64,000 nucleotides of DNA from Octopus bimaculoides (Eukaryota), in the NCBI RefSeq assembly GCF_001194135.2, contig NC_069005.1:23622631-23686630 (forward strand). The letters are read 5' to 3'. Of this stretch, positions 23,911-35,834 are shown in pieces. Below the pieces are notes generated by a model, which worked only from the letters and a program-made list of their open reading frames with translations, searched no databases and had not been told where the DNA came from. Each line of letters opens with the position of its first letter. Positions within the stretch are counted from its first letter, which is position 1. A program made the translations under genes and the position numbers.

Positions 23911-24659
23911 GAACCCTTTATTTTTTATTAACACTTTTTTTAACAACAACCTTCCCATTCCTTGCTATGATTCAACATAATTAAATCATCACAAAACATT
24001 GCTGCCAACAGGTTGATTGCCTTTAGTGATGGGAAACTCTCAAGAGAGCAGAACAGCAGAAGGTCTCCAAAGGAAAAACCTTGCTCAGGTAAATGTTCTG
24101 ACCCTTAACTTTTTACACTGTACTTTAAGGGGGTCAGGCTGCATCCAGGTCATGGCTCCTGAGTGTCCTTCCACAGATGGTTTTTAGCCACTTGCATATT
24201 GGAAACTGGTGCATTTCAACCACCCGGAGATTTCATCTGGTTGTAACTCCTTTCTGTTGTTTCAAATTTATATTTAAAGGAGAAATAACATTGGTTGTCA
24301 TGGTAGAGGTGAAATGTCAATACTATCACAATGACTCACTCAGAGTTACTTCCCTTAGCATTAAAACAACAGTATTTATTTCTTTATTGCCCACAGGGTG
24401 CTAAACATAGAGGAGACGAACAAGCACAGACAAAAAAAAATTAAGTTGATTACATCAACACCAGTGCGTAACTGGTACTTATTTAATTGATCCTGAAAGG
24501 ATGAAAGGCAAAGCTGACCTTGGCGGAATTTGAACTCAGAACATAACGGTAGATGAAATACCACTAAGCATTTTGCCCAGTGTGCTAACGATTCTAACAG
24601 CTTTCCACCCTATTAAAACAAAAATATTGCCTTCAAATGATAATGAGATCATTTTTGTT

Positions 24660-24790
24660 CCTCTACGACAAGGTCCAGTTGGAACATCTCTCCACTGTCT
24701 CTGATATCGCCTTCAGGGCTTTGGTTCTGTTCTTGCCAGAGACCGAGAGTTGTTTCATTAGATTGTAAGCAGGTTTACCCACAAAAGCCC
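24660..24790 (-). mobile_element. Short fragment resembling the C-terminus of an RLE-type (HERO-like) non-LTR retrotransposon
   Basis: FVGKPAYNLMKQLSVSGKNRTKALKAISETVERCSNW recalls the GF(V)G...A(I/L)..AE..S.W motif. Recalled from memory, not searched. Confidence 0.4.
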
Positions 24791-25211
24791 CGTAAAATTC
24801 TGTAGACTGTTCTTTGAGCCACGTCTTCACTACAGTTTTTACTTCCTTGTCACTGGAATAATGTTTGCCTCTCAAACCCTCTTTCATGGGGCCAAAGAGA
24901 TGATAGTCCAGTGACGATGATAGTCCAGCGACGATGATAGCCCAGTGACGATGATAGTCCAGTGACGAGGAAGTGAAAACTGTAGTGAAGTAGTGGCTCA
25001 AAGAACAGTCAACAGAATTTTATGGGACACGGACACATGCTCTCATTTGAAGGTGGAACATTGCTATTGAGAGAAACGGTGACTATGTTGAGAAGTAGGG
25101 ATGTGATCCACAGAGGACCAGCTTCATTTTGATGCATGATACATGTTCCTGTGTTGGTAATTATACCTGTCCTAAACAAAATGGCATTAATTTTTGACTC
25201 ACCCTCATGTA
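24788..25211 (+). mobile_element. Mariner 3' remnant with internal inverted duplication
   Basis: DYHLFGPMKEGLRG...EVKTVVK.WLKEQSTEFY present on both strands. Right TIR ATTTTTGACTCACCCTCATGTA. Confidence 0.88.
24899..24966. repeat. 4 x 17-bp tandem repeat GATGATAGTCCAGTGAC
   Basis: Counted directly; sits between the inverted mariner arms. Confidence 0.95.
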
Positions 25212-26179
25212 TATATATATATATTCTTTTATTCTTTTACTCTCTTACTTGTTTCAGTCGTTTGAGAGTGGCCATACTGAAGCACCACCTTGAAGGGTTT
25301 TTAGNNNNNNNNNNNNNNNNNNNNNNNNNNNNNNNNNNNNNNNNNNNNNNNNNNNNNNNNNNNNNNNNNNNNNNNNNNNNNNNNNNNNNNNNNNNNNNNN
25401 NNNNNNNNNNNNNNNNNNNNNNNNNNNNNNNNNNNNNNNNNNNNNNNNNNNNNNNNNNNNNNNNNNNNNNNNNNNNNNNNNNNNNNNNNNNNNNNNNNNN
25501 NNNNNNNNNNNNNNNNNNNNNNNNNNNNNNNNNNNNNNNNNNNNNNNNNNNNNNNNNNNNNNNNNNNNNNNNNNNNNNNNNNNNNNNNNNNNNNNNNNNN
25601 NNNNNNNNNNNNNNNNNNNNNNNNNNNNNNNNNNNNNNNNNNNNNNNNNNNNNNNNNNNNNNNNNNNNNNNNNNNNNNNNNNNNNNNNNNNNNNNNNNNN
25701 NNNNNNNNNNNNNNNNNNNNNNNNNNNNNNNNNNNNNNNNNNNNNNNNNNNNNNNNNNNNNNNNNNNNNNNNNNNNNNNNNNNNNNNNNNNNNNNNNNNN
25801 NNNNNNNNNNNNNNNNNNNNNNNNNNNNNNNNNNNNNNNNNNNNNNNNNNNNNNNNNNNNNNNNNNNNNNNNNNNNNNNNNNNNNNNNNNNNNNNNNNNN
25901 NNNNNNNNNNNNNNNNNNNNNNNNNNAGAGATGCTGTCAATCTAATCGACTGGCCCCCTTCCCAAAAATTTCAGGCCTTGTGCCTAGAGTAGAAAAAGTT
26001 ATTCTTTTTATTTTTTATCTTTTACTTGTTTGAGTCATCAAATTGTAGCCATGCTGGAGCACTACCTCGAAAAATTTTATTCAAATGAACCAACCCCAGT
26101 ACTTATTCATTTTTATAAAGCCTAGTACTTATTATATCAGTCTCTTTTGCCAAACTGCTATGTCATCGAGGCATAAACA

Positions 26180-26345
26180 CCCAGCACTCTGTGGATTAGT
26201 TGGTGTTAGGAAAGGCATCCAGCTATAGAATCCAAGCCAAAACAGACTGGAGCCTGGTACAGCTCTCAAGCTTACCAGCTGCAGTCAAACCATCCAACCC
26301 ATACCAGAATGAAAAACAGACATTAAATGATGATGATGATGATGA
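26180..26345 (+). mobile_element. RTE 3' end (diverged)
   Basis: Tail motifs and (GAT)n. Confidence 0.7.
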
Positions 26346-27384
26346 TAATATGTCTGTTCATTCATACGCCAGCAGCTTACATTGCTGACACCACCAAATT
26401 GAACAATATTACCAGAGGCTGTCAAAATTGTGATGATATTTGGTCAATAACCGATGAAGGTTTGAGCATGTCTTTATCCATTGTGCATTTTACCCTGTTT
26501 TATCCTGTTTTACTGAATACTCCTTTGTTGCCCCCTATGCTACATTTTTTTTTTTTTCCACCATAAATGTTGAAGACTGTGGGATTTAGACGTAGATCAC
26601 AAAGAACGGGAAGAAATACCTCCAGCCATTTTGACCTCAGCTTTAAACAACTCTGTCAAATCACTCTTCTATATAAAAACTAAAGAAACAAATGTCATGT
26701 TTTAACATGCTGTGAATGAAGTTAAAGTGAAAATGAAAACTAAAGTAGGGAATTTTTCTTCACTTTATTCTTCATTTTCAACCTTGATTTCATTCACATC
26801 ACATTTACATTGCAAACATTAATATTCTGGATTAAGGCCAGGTGAGGTCCTAATCACAGTTCTATAATAGTACCCCACACCACCACTAACTTTTCCATTG
26901 TCTAGTTGACAAGATGTAGAGACAAAAGTGGAGCTGAATGTGAAATAATGGATTAAAAATTCAATTTGTTTTCCAGGCCAGATCCCACAACAACATCAAA
27001 TGGTGAGCTGGTAGAGTCATTAACATGCTGGGCAAAATGCTTAGCAGCATTTCATCTGTCTTTACGTTCTGAGTTCAAAATTCTGTTAGGGATAACATGA
27101 TCAATAGTTTTTTAGCACATGAAAGTGGCATTCGACCTATTGCATCCCTGGAAATTTGTCTCATTTCCATGTGTGTGTTCTCACATCTTTAGAATGACAT
27201 TGTAGGGTTGGATCTTGAGTTTGAACATAAAACAGATAGAATGTTTGGGCCAGATGTGGCCAGTTTGAATGCTAAAGGTTTAGACAATGTCCTTCTTCAG
27301 AAAAACAGAAAAGTTCTGTTGCAGGTTTACTGCTTGAGAGATATACGTAAGGGTTACTGTGTGTATTCTATTTTTATAATTGGT

Positions 27385-27515
27385 GCACCATGTACATGGT
27401 TAGGGCAGCGGATGTGCGGTCGGAGGATCGTGGTTTCAATTCCCAGACCGGGTGTTGTGTATGTGTTTATTGAGCAAAATCACCTAAAGGTCCATGAGGC
27501 TCTGGCAGGTGGGAG
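27385..27515 (+). mobile_element. Family B SINE 5' fragment
   Basis: GGTTAGGGCAGCGG..GGTTTCAATTCCCAGACCGGG..CACCTAAAG. Confidence 0.7.
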
Positions 27516-27550
27516 AACAGACATGCACACATAAATACACACACACATAC

Positions 27551-27616
<66 letters not shown>

Positions 27617-27962
27617 CTGACAGGCTTCTTTCAGTTTCCATCTACCAAATCCACTCACAAGGCTTTGGTTGGCCCGAGGCTATAGTAGAAGACACTTGCC
27701 CAAGGTGCCACGCAGTGGGAATGAACCCGGGACCATGTGGTTGGTAAGCAAGCTACTTACCACACAGCCTACATGTTTCAGTCATTTGACTGCAACCATG
27801 CTGGAGCACTGCCTCTAGTTGAACAAATCAACCCCAGGACTCATTCTTTGTAAGCCTAGTACTTATTCTATTGGTCTCTTTCGCCGAACCGCTAAGTTAT
27901 GGGGACGTAAACACACCAACATCAGTTGTCAAACGATGGTGGGGGGACAAACAGAGACACAA

Positions 27963-27997
<35 letters not shown>

Positions 27998-28086
27998 GTT
28001 GGAATTTACAAAAAATCAAAAGACGAAGACAGGTGTATAAACAACAAACAGGTGTATAAGTTTAACGCTCAGGAAGGTGAGAAAAT

Positions 28087-28122
28087 CTTTTACGTTTCGA
28101 GCCTATGCTCTTCAACAGAAAG
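28087..28122 (-). ncRNA. Minimal hammerhead motif with an A6U core variant
   Basis: CTTT-CTGTTGA-A-GAGC(ATAG)GCTC-GAA-ACGT-A-AAAG. Confidence 0.65.
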
Positions 28123-29079
28123 GAACACAAGAAAGTAAACAGAGAGAGAATAAAAAAAAGCTTAGTGGCTAGCGGTCGATCCTGGCTTACATAAAAATAT
28201 ATATATATATGACAGGCTTCTTTCAGTTTCCATCTACCAAATCCTCTTACAAGTCTTTGGTCGGCCTGAGGCTATAGTAAAAGACACTTGCCCAAGGTGT
28301 CACGCAGTAGGACTGAACCCAGAACCATGTGGTTGGGAAGCAAGCTTCTTACCACACACCTAATCCAGTATCTATATATATACACACACACAGAGTGGAC
28401 TTCTTTCAGTTTCCATCTACCAGATCTACTCCCAAGGCTAAATAGTAGAAGACACACGAAGTGTGATGCTGGGGAACTGAACCCAAAACCATAATGTTGA
28501 AAAGCAAGTTTCTTAACATATAGCTGTTTGTTTTTCATTTAGCACAAATTTGAAGCAAGCAATATGAGTAAATTAATTATATGTAAACATGGCAACAAGA
28601 AAAGCCCAAATTCTCAAAAGTTATTTTTTAATTAAAAAGAATAACCTTTATAATTTATCATTTGCACCTTGGAGGAACTAGAATAAAAAAAGACTGTAGT
28701 TAACCCTTCCCTTGATATCTTAAGCCTGTGTTCCTTATATTCAGTGGATAATCAGGCTTTGATTCAAATGGAAACTGGTAATGATGGGTGGAGTTAAGAG
28801 GAATCAATGACGACAGACTCATAAGAGACAGGTAGAGAGCCTCTTCATCAGTGGATCTCGCCATTTATCTATGAACCCCTTTGGTTCCTATTTCACATAG
28901 GTGGGCCCTCCTAGCCATTCAGTGTTTTACAAAATCTTATATTTTTATAATTAAATATTATTAGGAATTGTATTAAAAAAAAATTGTTAAAATATTTTGT
29001 GTATTGTAGAAGTATAACCGATTTATTGCTCATAAATTTCAACAACAAATCTTATGTGGAACCTGGCTGAGAATTACTG

Positions 29080-29870
29080 CTCTCCGTGATCTATGACCTG
29101 CTAGAAATAGCAGTCAAGTCTACTTCAATTCAGGTATTATCATCTTTAAAAAAAGGCAAAACATATTGGGATAATGTAGTACTAAATATGCTGCGGATGG
29201 TCACGGTAAGAAAGTCTTTGATTCCAGGTCTACTGGATCTGGGGTAACCTAGGATTAAACAATAAGGAACGACACGTTAGATAATGTAGTTCTAAGCAGA
29301 TTATGTTCGAATAAAAGGCGAGATGGTCACAGTTAGAACGCTTTGATCATAAGTCTGTTGGATCAGGGATGACTTGGGATTAAGCAAGAAGGAATTACAC
29401 ATTAAATAATCTAGTCTTAGAAACTTTACGTCTAAATATAAAGGACGTTTACGGCGGGAACATCTTTCATCACAGGCCTGTCTGCTGGATATGGACAGAC
29501 GTGGGGCTAAAAAAAGGAAGGACACATAAAATATAATATAAATATATAGTCCTAGACACTCTATATGAATAAAAGACAAGACGGTCACATCCTTGGGCTA
29601 CACAAAAAGGGCGCCTTACATAATGTAGACCTACATGTTACACCGAATAAACAGCAGAATGGTTACAGCTGGAACATAGGTTTGCTGGATCGGGGCTGAA
29701 CTGCAGCGAAACAACAACAGCAACATGAAAAAAAAAGTGTTCATTAAATAAGGCAATTCTAAATAGATTGTCGCAATAAAGACAGGCTGGTCACGGCTGG
29801 AACATCTTTGATACGAGAGGTCTGCTGGATCAGAGCTGACCTGTGGTTAAACAGCTAGAACCACTACCAC
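29080..29870 (+). repeat. Tandem array of a degenerate interspersed repeat (family G)
   Basis: About five units sharing ATAATGTAG..GATGGTCAC..TGCTGGATC. Similar arrays at ~8190-8760, 9270-9560, 5950-6260 (-) and 40560-40830 (-). Confidence 0.7.
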
Positions 29871-30136
29871 AACAGGTTACAAAATTCAGGTGTTCGTGTG
29901 TCGCGAGAAGAGTGAGCGGGTGTTGAATACTAAGGGACGGGAATTGATCATTCTTGGAGCCAGGTGTCAGGTTTATTATTCCTAAACGTTGATGAGTAAC
30001 AGGTAAATGGTTTTCGCGACAAAGTAGAAAAAAAAGCAACGAGTTCCCTTGTCTCCATCTTTAGAGAGCAACGATTAGTTTTGTTCAGCTTTTGTCATTA
30101 ATTCGAATCACCTTAAATATTCATTGTGTATGTGTG

Positions 30137-30167
<31 letters not shown>

Positions 30168-30586
30168 AAATACACACACACATACACTCCTGATGAAAGG
30201 ATATTGTAGCAATCACACGCTCACGAAGATCGATGACAGCTTTCTGTGTCGTGTATAATAAATACTCATTGTGTATGTGTATGTACGTACACACAGACGT
30301 ATAATCCCCCCCCCCACACACACACAAATAGACACATTGGTGTATTTGTGCCTGCAGGCGTGCGTATGTTTATCTGATGTGTGTATATGTGTGTTGTGCG
30401 TAGTCAACCTGTGTGTCCTATTACATCAACAGACGAAGGTTGGGAGAAAACGAAACAGTTTTAGAAAGCAAACTGGAGTAACACACACACAATATATATA
30501 CAAAATACATAAACATAGACACAGAAATATCTGACAGGTGGGTGAAAAAGAAAAAGAGTAAAATATATGTTCAAGGGGTTTCTTAC

Positions 30587-30692
30587 CGTCAACAAAGGTA
30601 CAAAGAGTCAGGTAAAACATTGCCCAAAACATGAATGGGCAGTGATGCTTGGCCTGCCGGGCGCACTGACCGAATGAAGTGACAGCAGCCAT
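30587..30692 (-). CDS. Candidate exon 1 of an unidentified secreted precursor (MAAVTSFGQCARQAKHHCPFMFWAMFYLTLCTFVD-G)
   Basis: ATG at 30692, open frame, hydrophobic stretch FMFWAMFYLTLCTFV, donor GACG|GTAAGA. Ends in phase 1, matching the next exon. Confidence 0.65.
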
Positions 30693-31213
30693 GCTGACAG
30701 ATGACGCACTATAATACAATATTACAGTATACAGTAAACAGTCCTTGCTGTTCAATGAACAGTTGGACAAACAACCACTACTACTTCGTGTTTTAGCACC
30801 TATTGTTCCGCACGTTTAAAATAGTACCGAACCTAGGACCTTGTAACTTTCATTTCTATGGTTATTTTTTCTTTTTTTTGTCGCTAGATAAAGTCATCAA
30901 CATCACATAGAGAATATTTTTGTTTTCTCTGCATAGATTAGTGGAATGGATTTAATGGTGTACGACCAATGTGTGTGTGTGTGTGTGTGCGGTACACGTA
31001 TGTACAAGAACATACGTCATGTTACGTATGTGTGTGAGCGTGCGCATATGTATGAATGTAATTGTGTGCGCGCATTTGAAATGCGTCAGTGCGCGTGAAC
31101 ATGTAAGTACATTTGGGGCATGTGTTACACAATGAGTGTATATCTGTGTACGTGTATATATATGTATGTGTGTGTCTATATGTATATGTGTGTGTGTATA
31201 TACATATATAAAT

Positions 31214-31262
<49 letters not shown>

Positions 31263-32514
31263 GATAGATAGATAGATAGATAGATAAATAGAGAGATAAA
31301 CTGATATAATACACACACACACACACATATATACATATATATATACATACATACACAAATATAAATATATAGACATACATATGTATACATATATATACGT
31401 ATATATGTATGCGTGTGTGTGTGTGTGTGTGTATAAAACACATACATGTATATTTACATATACCTGCGCACACATATACACATACGCTACAAGTTATACA
31501 CGCCACCGCCACCACCACCACCAACAAACAGTAAACAGTACAAAAGCATCAGCAGATACCATATTGGTGTTTAGTTTCAGTTATTATCGATCTATCCTCA
31601 CTACCTCTCTCTCTCGTTTCATTCAATAATTTATTATCCTCTCCCCCCCCCGTCCCCCCCTCTCTCTCTCTCCCGCATACACATATCTTTTCTTCTTCCT
31701 TTCTCTTCCCTCTCATTCAATCACTTCTTTTTTCTATCTGCGTTTCGTTTCCAGCTTTCTCTTTTCTTTTATCTTTTGCACTCTCTCTTTCCCTCTCCTT
31801 TCATTTAATAACTTATTCTCCTCTTTCAACTTTTCTCACTCTCCCCTCTCTTGCTCTCCATCTCTCTTTCACTATCTATCTATCTATCTACCTACCTGTT
31901 TCCACCACTCCCTCTCTTATAATATCCTCGTGAACACCCTCTCTCCTTTTCTCCACGTTCTCTCTCTATCACTCTTCACTACTATGTCTCACATTATACG
32001 CTCCTCACACCCTCTTTCTCATCCCTCTCTCTATAATTCTCCCTGTCACTCTCTAGCCTCCTACAGTTCGATCATCCATTCACACATTTGAAGTTCACAC
32101 ACTTCTTGCACTGTTCTTCCCTTTTATATATATATATGTAATGGATATATAATGGATATATATGGTACACTTCGATTGTGTATATATTGTATATAATTGT
32201 ATATATGTGGCTGTGTGGTAAGAAGTTTACTTGTTCCCAACCAGATGGGTCCAGGATCAGTCCCATAGTGTGACACCTTGAGCAAATATCCTTGGACCAA
32301 ATAAAACCTTGTGAGTGGATTTGGTAGATGGGAACTGAAAGAAGTGCATCGCGTGTGCGTGTATATATATATATATATATATACCGGAGTAAGCACATAA
32401 AATATGCAGCAAGGTGGAAAAAAGAGTACTCAAATACCAGAGGTAGAGTAATATGCTTTATTTAAAAGCAGCAGAAATATAACAAAAGACTGTTACTTTG
32501 AAATTTCTAACAAA

Positions 32515-32554
32515 ACTGTCCGATGAACGGGAACGTGAAACTCAGAGTAACAGT
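32515..32554 (+). ncRNA. Minimal hammerhead motif with a U4C core variant
   Basis: ACTGT-CCGATGA-ACG(GGAA)CGT-GAA-ACTC(A)GAGT-A-ACAGT. Confidence 0.7.
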
Positions 32555-32624
32555 CTTTTGTTATATTTCTGCTGCTTTTAAATAAAGTATATATATATAA
32601 AATCTTGCACACGAAATACACATA

Positions 32625-32664
<40 letters not shown>

Positions 32665-32734
32665 GTGTCTGTATTTGTCCCCCACCACAGCTTGGCAACC
32701 AGTGTTGGAGTATTCATGCGTCCATAACTTAGTA

Positions 32735-33165
32735 GATAGGCTGTGATTGAGAAGACCCGGCAACTAAAGTGAGATCACTGCCATGCATATCTGGCCCAGT
32801 CAAGTGTATCCCTGATACATCTGGCGATATGATATGCTTGAGATGACCTGTTGAGTGAAGTAAAACCAATATCATAGTTGGTCTGCCTGACTGGCTCCCA
32901 TGCCGGTGGCATGTAAAAAGCACCATCCAAATGTGGCCAATGCCAGTACCCCTTCAATGGCTTCTGTGCTGGTGGCACATAAAAAGCACCCACCACACTC
33001 TCAGAGTGGTTGGCATTAGGAAGGGCATCCAGCTGTAGAAACATTGCCAGATAAGATTGGAGCTTGATGCAGCCGCTGGCTCTCCAGACCTCAGTCAAAC
33101 CATCCAACCCATGACAGCATGGAAAACGGACGTTAAACGATGATGATGATGATGATGATGATGAT
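32735..33165 (+). mobile_element. RTE 3' end, long form
   Basis: TGGCGATATGATATGCTTGAGATGACC ORF-end motif, modules and tail. Confidence 0.8.
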
Positions 33166-33531
33166 ATATATGTGATTTTTACAATTTTGTAAATAGTAAT
33201 AATGGTATTCTATAAGCTTAAAGTATACCTACGGGAAAAATATACCTATGAGAAAACCTACTTTTTTTCTGTTGAGGGCTTATATGCCCCGTTATTAGAC
33301 TATTTTCTTTAGTCATTGTGTGGCGATCGCTTATAACCTTTATGCTTATAAAATACTATTAGTGCTAGAAACCAGAGAAACCAATCCCATCTAAGGTGTA
33401 CTAAAATGGACAGCAGGTGGACATCCGGGAGTCATTACTAGAGTGTCAGGAGTTAAGGGTTGAAACACTTGCCTAAAGGGGGTTTCCCCTCTGAGGACCA
33501 CCTGCTGTTACGCTCTCCCCAAGTTTCTTTC

Positions 33532-33600
<69 letters not shown>

Positions 33601-33603
<3 letters not shown>

Positions 33604-33805
33604 GGTTGACCAAAAGTCATTTAAAACTATTTAATTCCAACAACTGATTGAATTTAATAAAAACATCTAAATATGAAACATCATGAAAATAGTTCAAACT
33701 GAAGTCCTTTTTGAGTGACACAGTTTTCCATTTGAGTCAATACAGAATTACAGATAGTATTTATGGAATTTTGATTTACTGTCGGGTGATTTTTGGCCAA
33801 CCCTG
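33601..33805. mobile_element. Tc1/mariner-type MITE
   Basis: TIRs CAGGGTTGACCAAAAGTCA / TGATTTTTGGCCAACCCTG flanked by TA. Confidence 0.85.
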
Positions 33806-34163
33806 TATATATATTTTATAGATCCTGTATATATACAACCCTGTATATATATATTTTATAGATCCTGTATATATACAACCCTGTATATATACAACCCTGT
33901 ATATATATATTTTATAGATCCAATGTAGAAAGAATCAATAAAAAGTACTCCATCCAGTAAGCGATAAATATCAATTTAATACACAACTGAAAGAGCTACT
34001 AATAGTTTCATGCCATTCTGAAAGATACATAACACATAAACAGAGGCCTGAAAGATTGCTAGGTATACATGGCATATTTTATAAATATGCTTAGTTAAAG
34101 AACCATAAAAGCATGAAACTACAAGAAGCTCTTTGGCTGTGTATTAAATTGATATATGTATAT

Positions 34164-34194
<31 letters not shown>

Positions 34195-34324
34195 ATTATT
34201 ACAAATTAAAAGGGTAAAGGTTTATCAATTTATTAATTTATTAATAAATCAACAATTAATAATTTTTACCAAGCCCTTCGGTATGTAAGCACCATTATCT
34301 GTGGAGAACTTATTTAAAAGTTCA

Positions 34325-34389
34325 TATACATTTATAAACATAATTAAGGGATCAGCAAATATTTGCTGATCCCTTAATTATGTTTGTAA

Positions 34390-34396
<7 letters not shown>
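34325..34396. repeat. 72-bp spacerless palindrome
   Basis: 36-bp arms centred at 34360/34361 with one mismatch. Confidence 0.95.
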
Positions 34397-34445
<49 letters not shown>

Positions 34446-34597
34446 AAAGAAAGATGGATGTATGAATAAGTTATTTGTCTGATATAAAGATGTTGAAATT
34501 TTAAAAAAATAACAATACAAATAAATTATAAGTTGTAAAGCTCAAAAAGAAATGGGAGATGGAAAAAAACCTACATATATGTTTCAGTTCTAGCCCC

Positions 34598-35041
34598 TAG
34601 TTGAGATGTAATTCTAAGCAGTTGGTTATATGCTAAGAATTGGTATAATTTTTAACCATATGGGGCAAAACTTCGTCTGGGTTTTTATGAGCTTATACAA
34701 CAAAGGTTAACATATTTCTTGAAAGGATGCATACAAAATGTTGTGTCTGAAGAGAGTCATTCACTTTTAGTGCCTTATAGTTTAACACACCAGTAAAATT
34801 TCCACTCATTTACTTATTTATTTTTCTAAAATTTTCATTGTGTCGTGCAACCTTTTCAATAGTTGTTGACAGAATGTGTTAAATTATAAGGCATTAAAAG
34901 AGAATGACTCTCCCCAGACACAACAGAATATGCTTCAACACACAAACTCACATAAAGAATCTTGCAAACCAAATCCAAAAACGAAATAAAATGCATATCA
35001 TTCTTAGCATATAACCAAACGCTGAGAATTACATCTGACTA
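34598..35041. mobile_element. Fold-back (long palindromic) MITE-like element
   Basis: Nested inverted blocks, e.g. GAGATGTAATTCTAAGC..TTATATGCTAAGAAT / ATTCTTAGCATATAACC..GAGAATTACATCT and TGTTGTGTCTGAAGAGAGTCATTC / GAATGACTCTCCCCAGACACAACA. Confidence 0.65.
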
Positions 35042-35834
35042 AATATGTAAGTTTTTCCATTTTCTTTCTTCTCCTTGTCTTACTCCATCTGACAATCATC
35101 TTTTCAGATTATTGCAACATTATTTAGAGGGGAAACAGGTTAAAAGTAATATTGAGTGTTTCTTTGCCTTAAAACTTGAAAAACTTTATATCTGAGGGAT
35201 CAACAATTTCACAAACAGATGGTATTATGTTACCAATAACAATGGGAATGTCATTTGGTTAAACATATTGGATCTTTTCTGTTTGGCTGCTAAGTTTCAA
35301 AAATTAAAAGTTTATCGAAAATTTTAAAATTCGGTACATTAATGTAGTTTTCCAAGCTGAATTGCTGGAGTTATTTTTTAAAAGTTATAGAGGTTTAAAG
35401 TTTGATCATTTTCACCCTGTCATGAAACAAGACTTGGAAGCTGTCAGTTTGTGCATGACTGCACATTTTGTCAACATCCTGAAGATAGCATGTGTTGTCA
35501 ATATTTCTATTGTTTGTAGTTTTAAGCATTCAATATGCATTTAATGCGATAGCATGAAATTAAAAGATTTATCCAAAAACGTAATTTAGCTATTATTTTT
35601 AGCACACCTCACAACCACCTCAATGACAAAAAATATGTAAACAAGACATCTTTTGTACTTTTAAGCATTCAATATGCCTTTAATACAATAAACAGCACAT
35701 TACAAATTAAATATTTAAAAAAAACATTTAAGCATTCAATAAGCAATTTCTCAACCAAATCACAATTTTCATACCACATAAATTCACAGAGATATGAATC
35801 TACCATAGAACAGTGAGTGCTACAGTGTCATTTA

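Noticed and set aside
24899-24966. Short direct repeats suggestive of a CRISPR array (also the RTE modules)
   Set aside because: No unique spacers, eukaryotic context, and explained by transposon rearrangement.
33985-34030. GAA-ACTA(T)TAGT-A on the minus strand
   Set aside because: Only the 3' half of a hammerhead; the CUGANGA side is missing.
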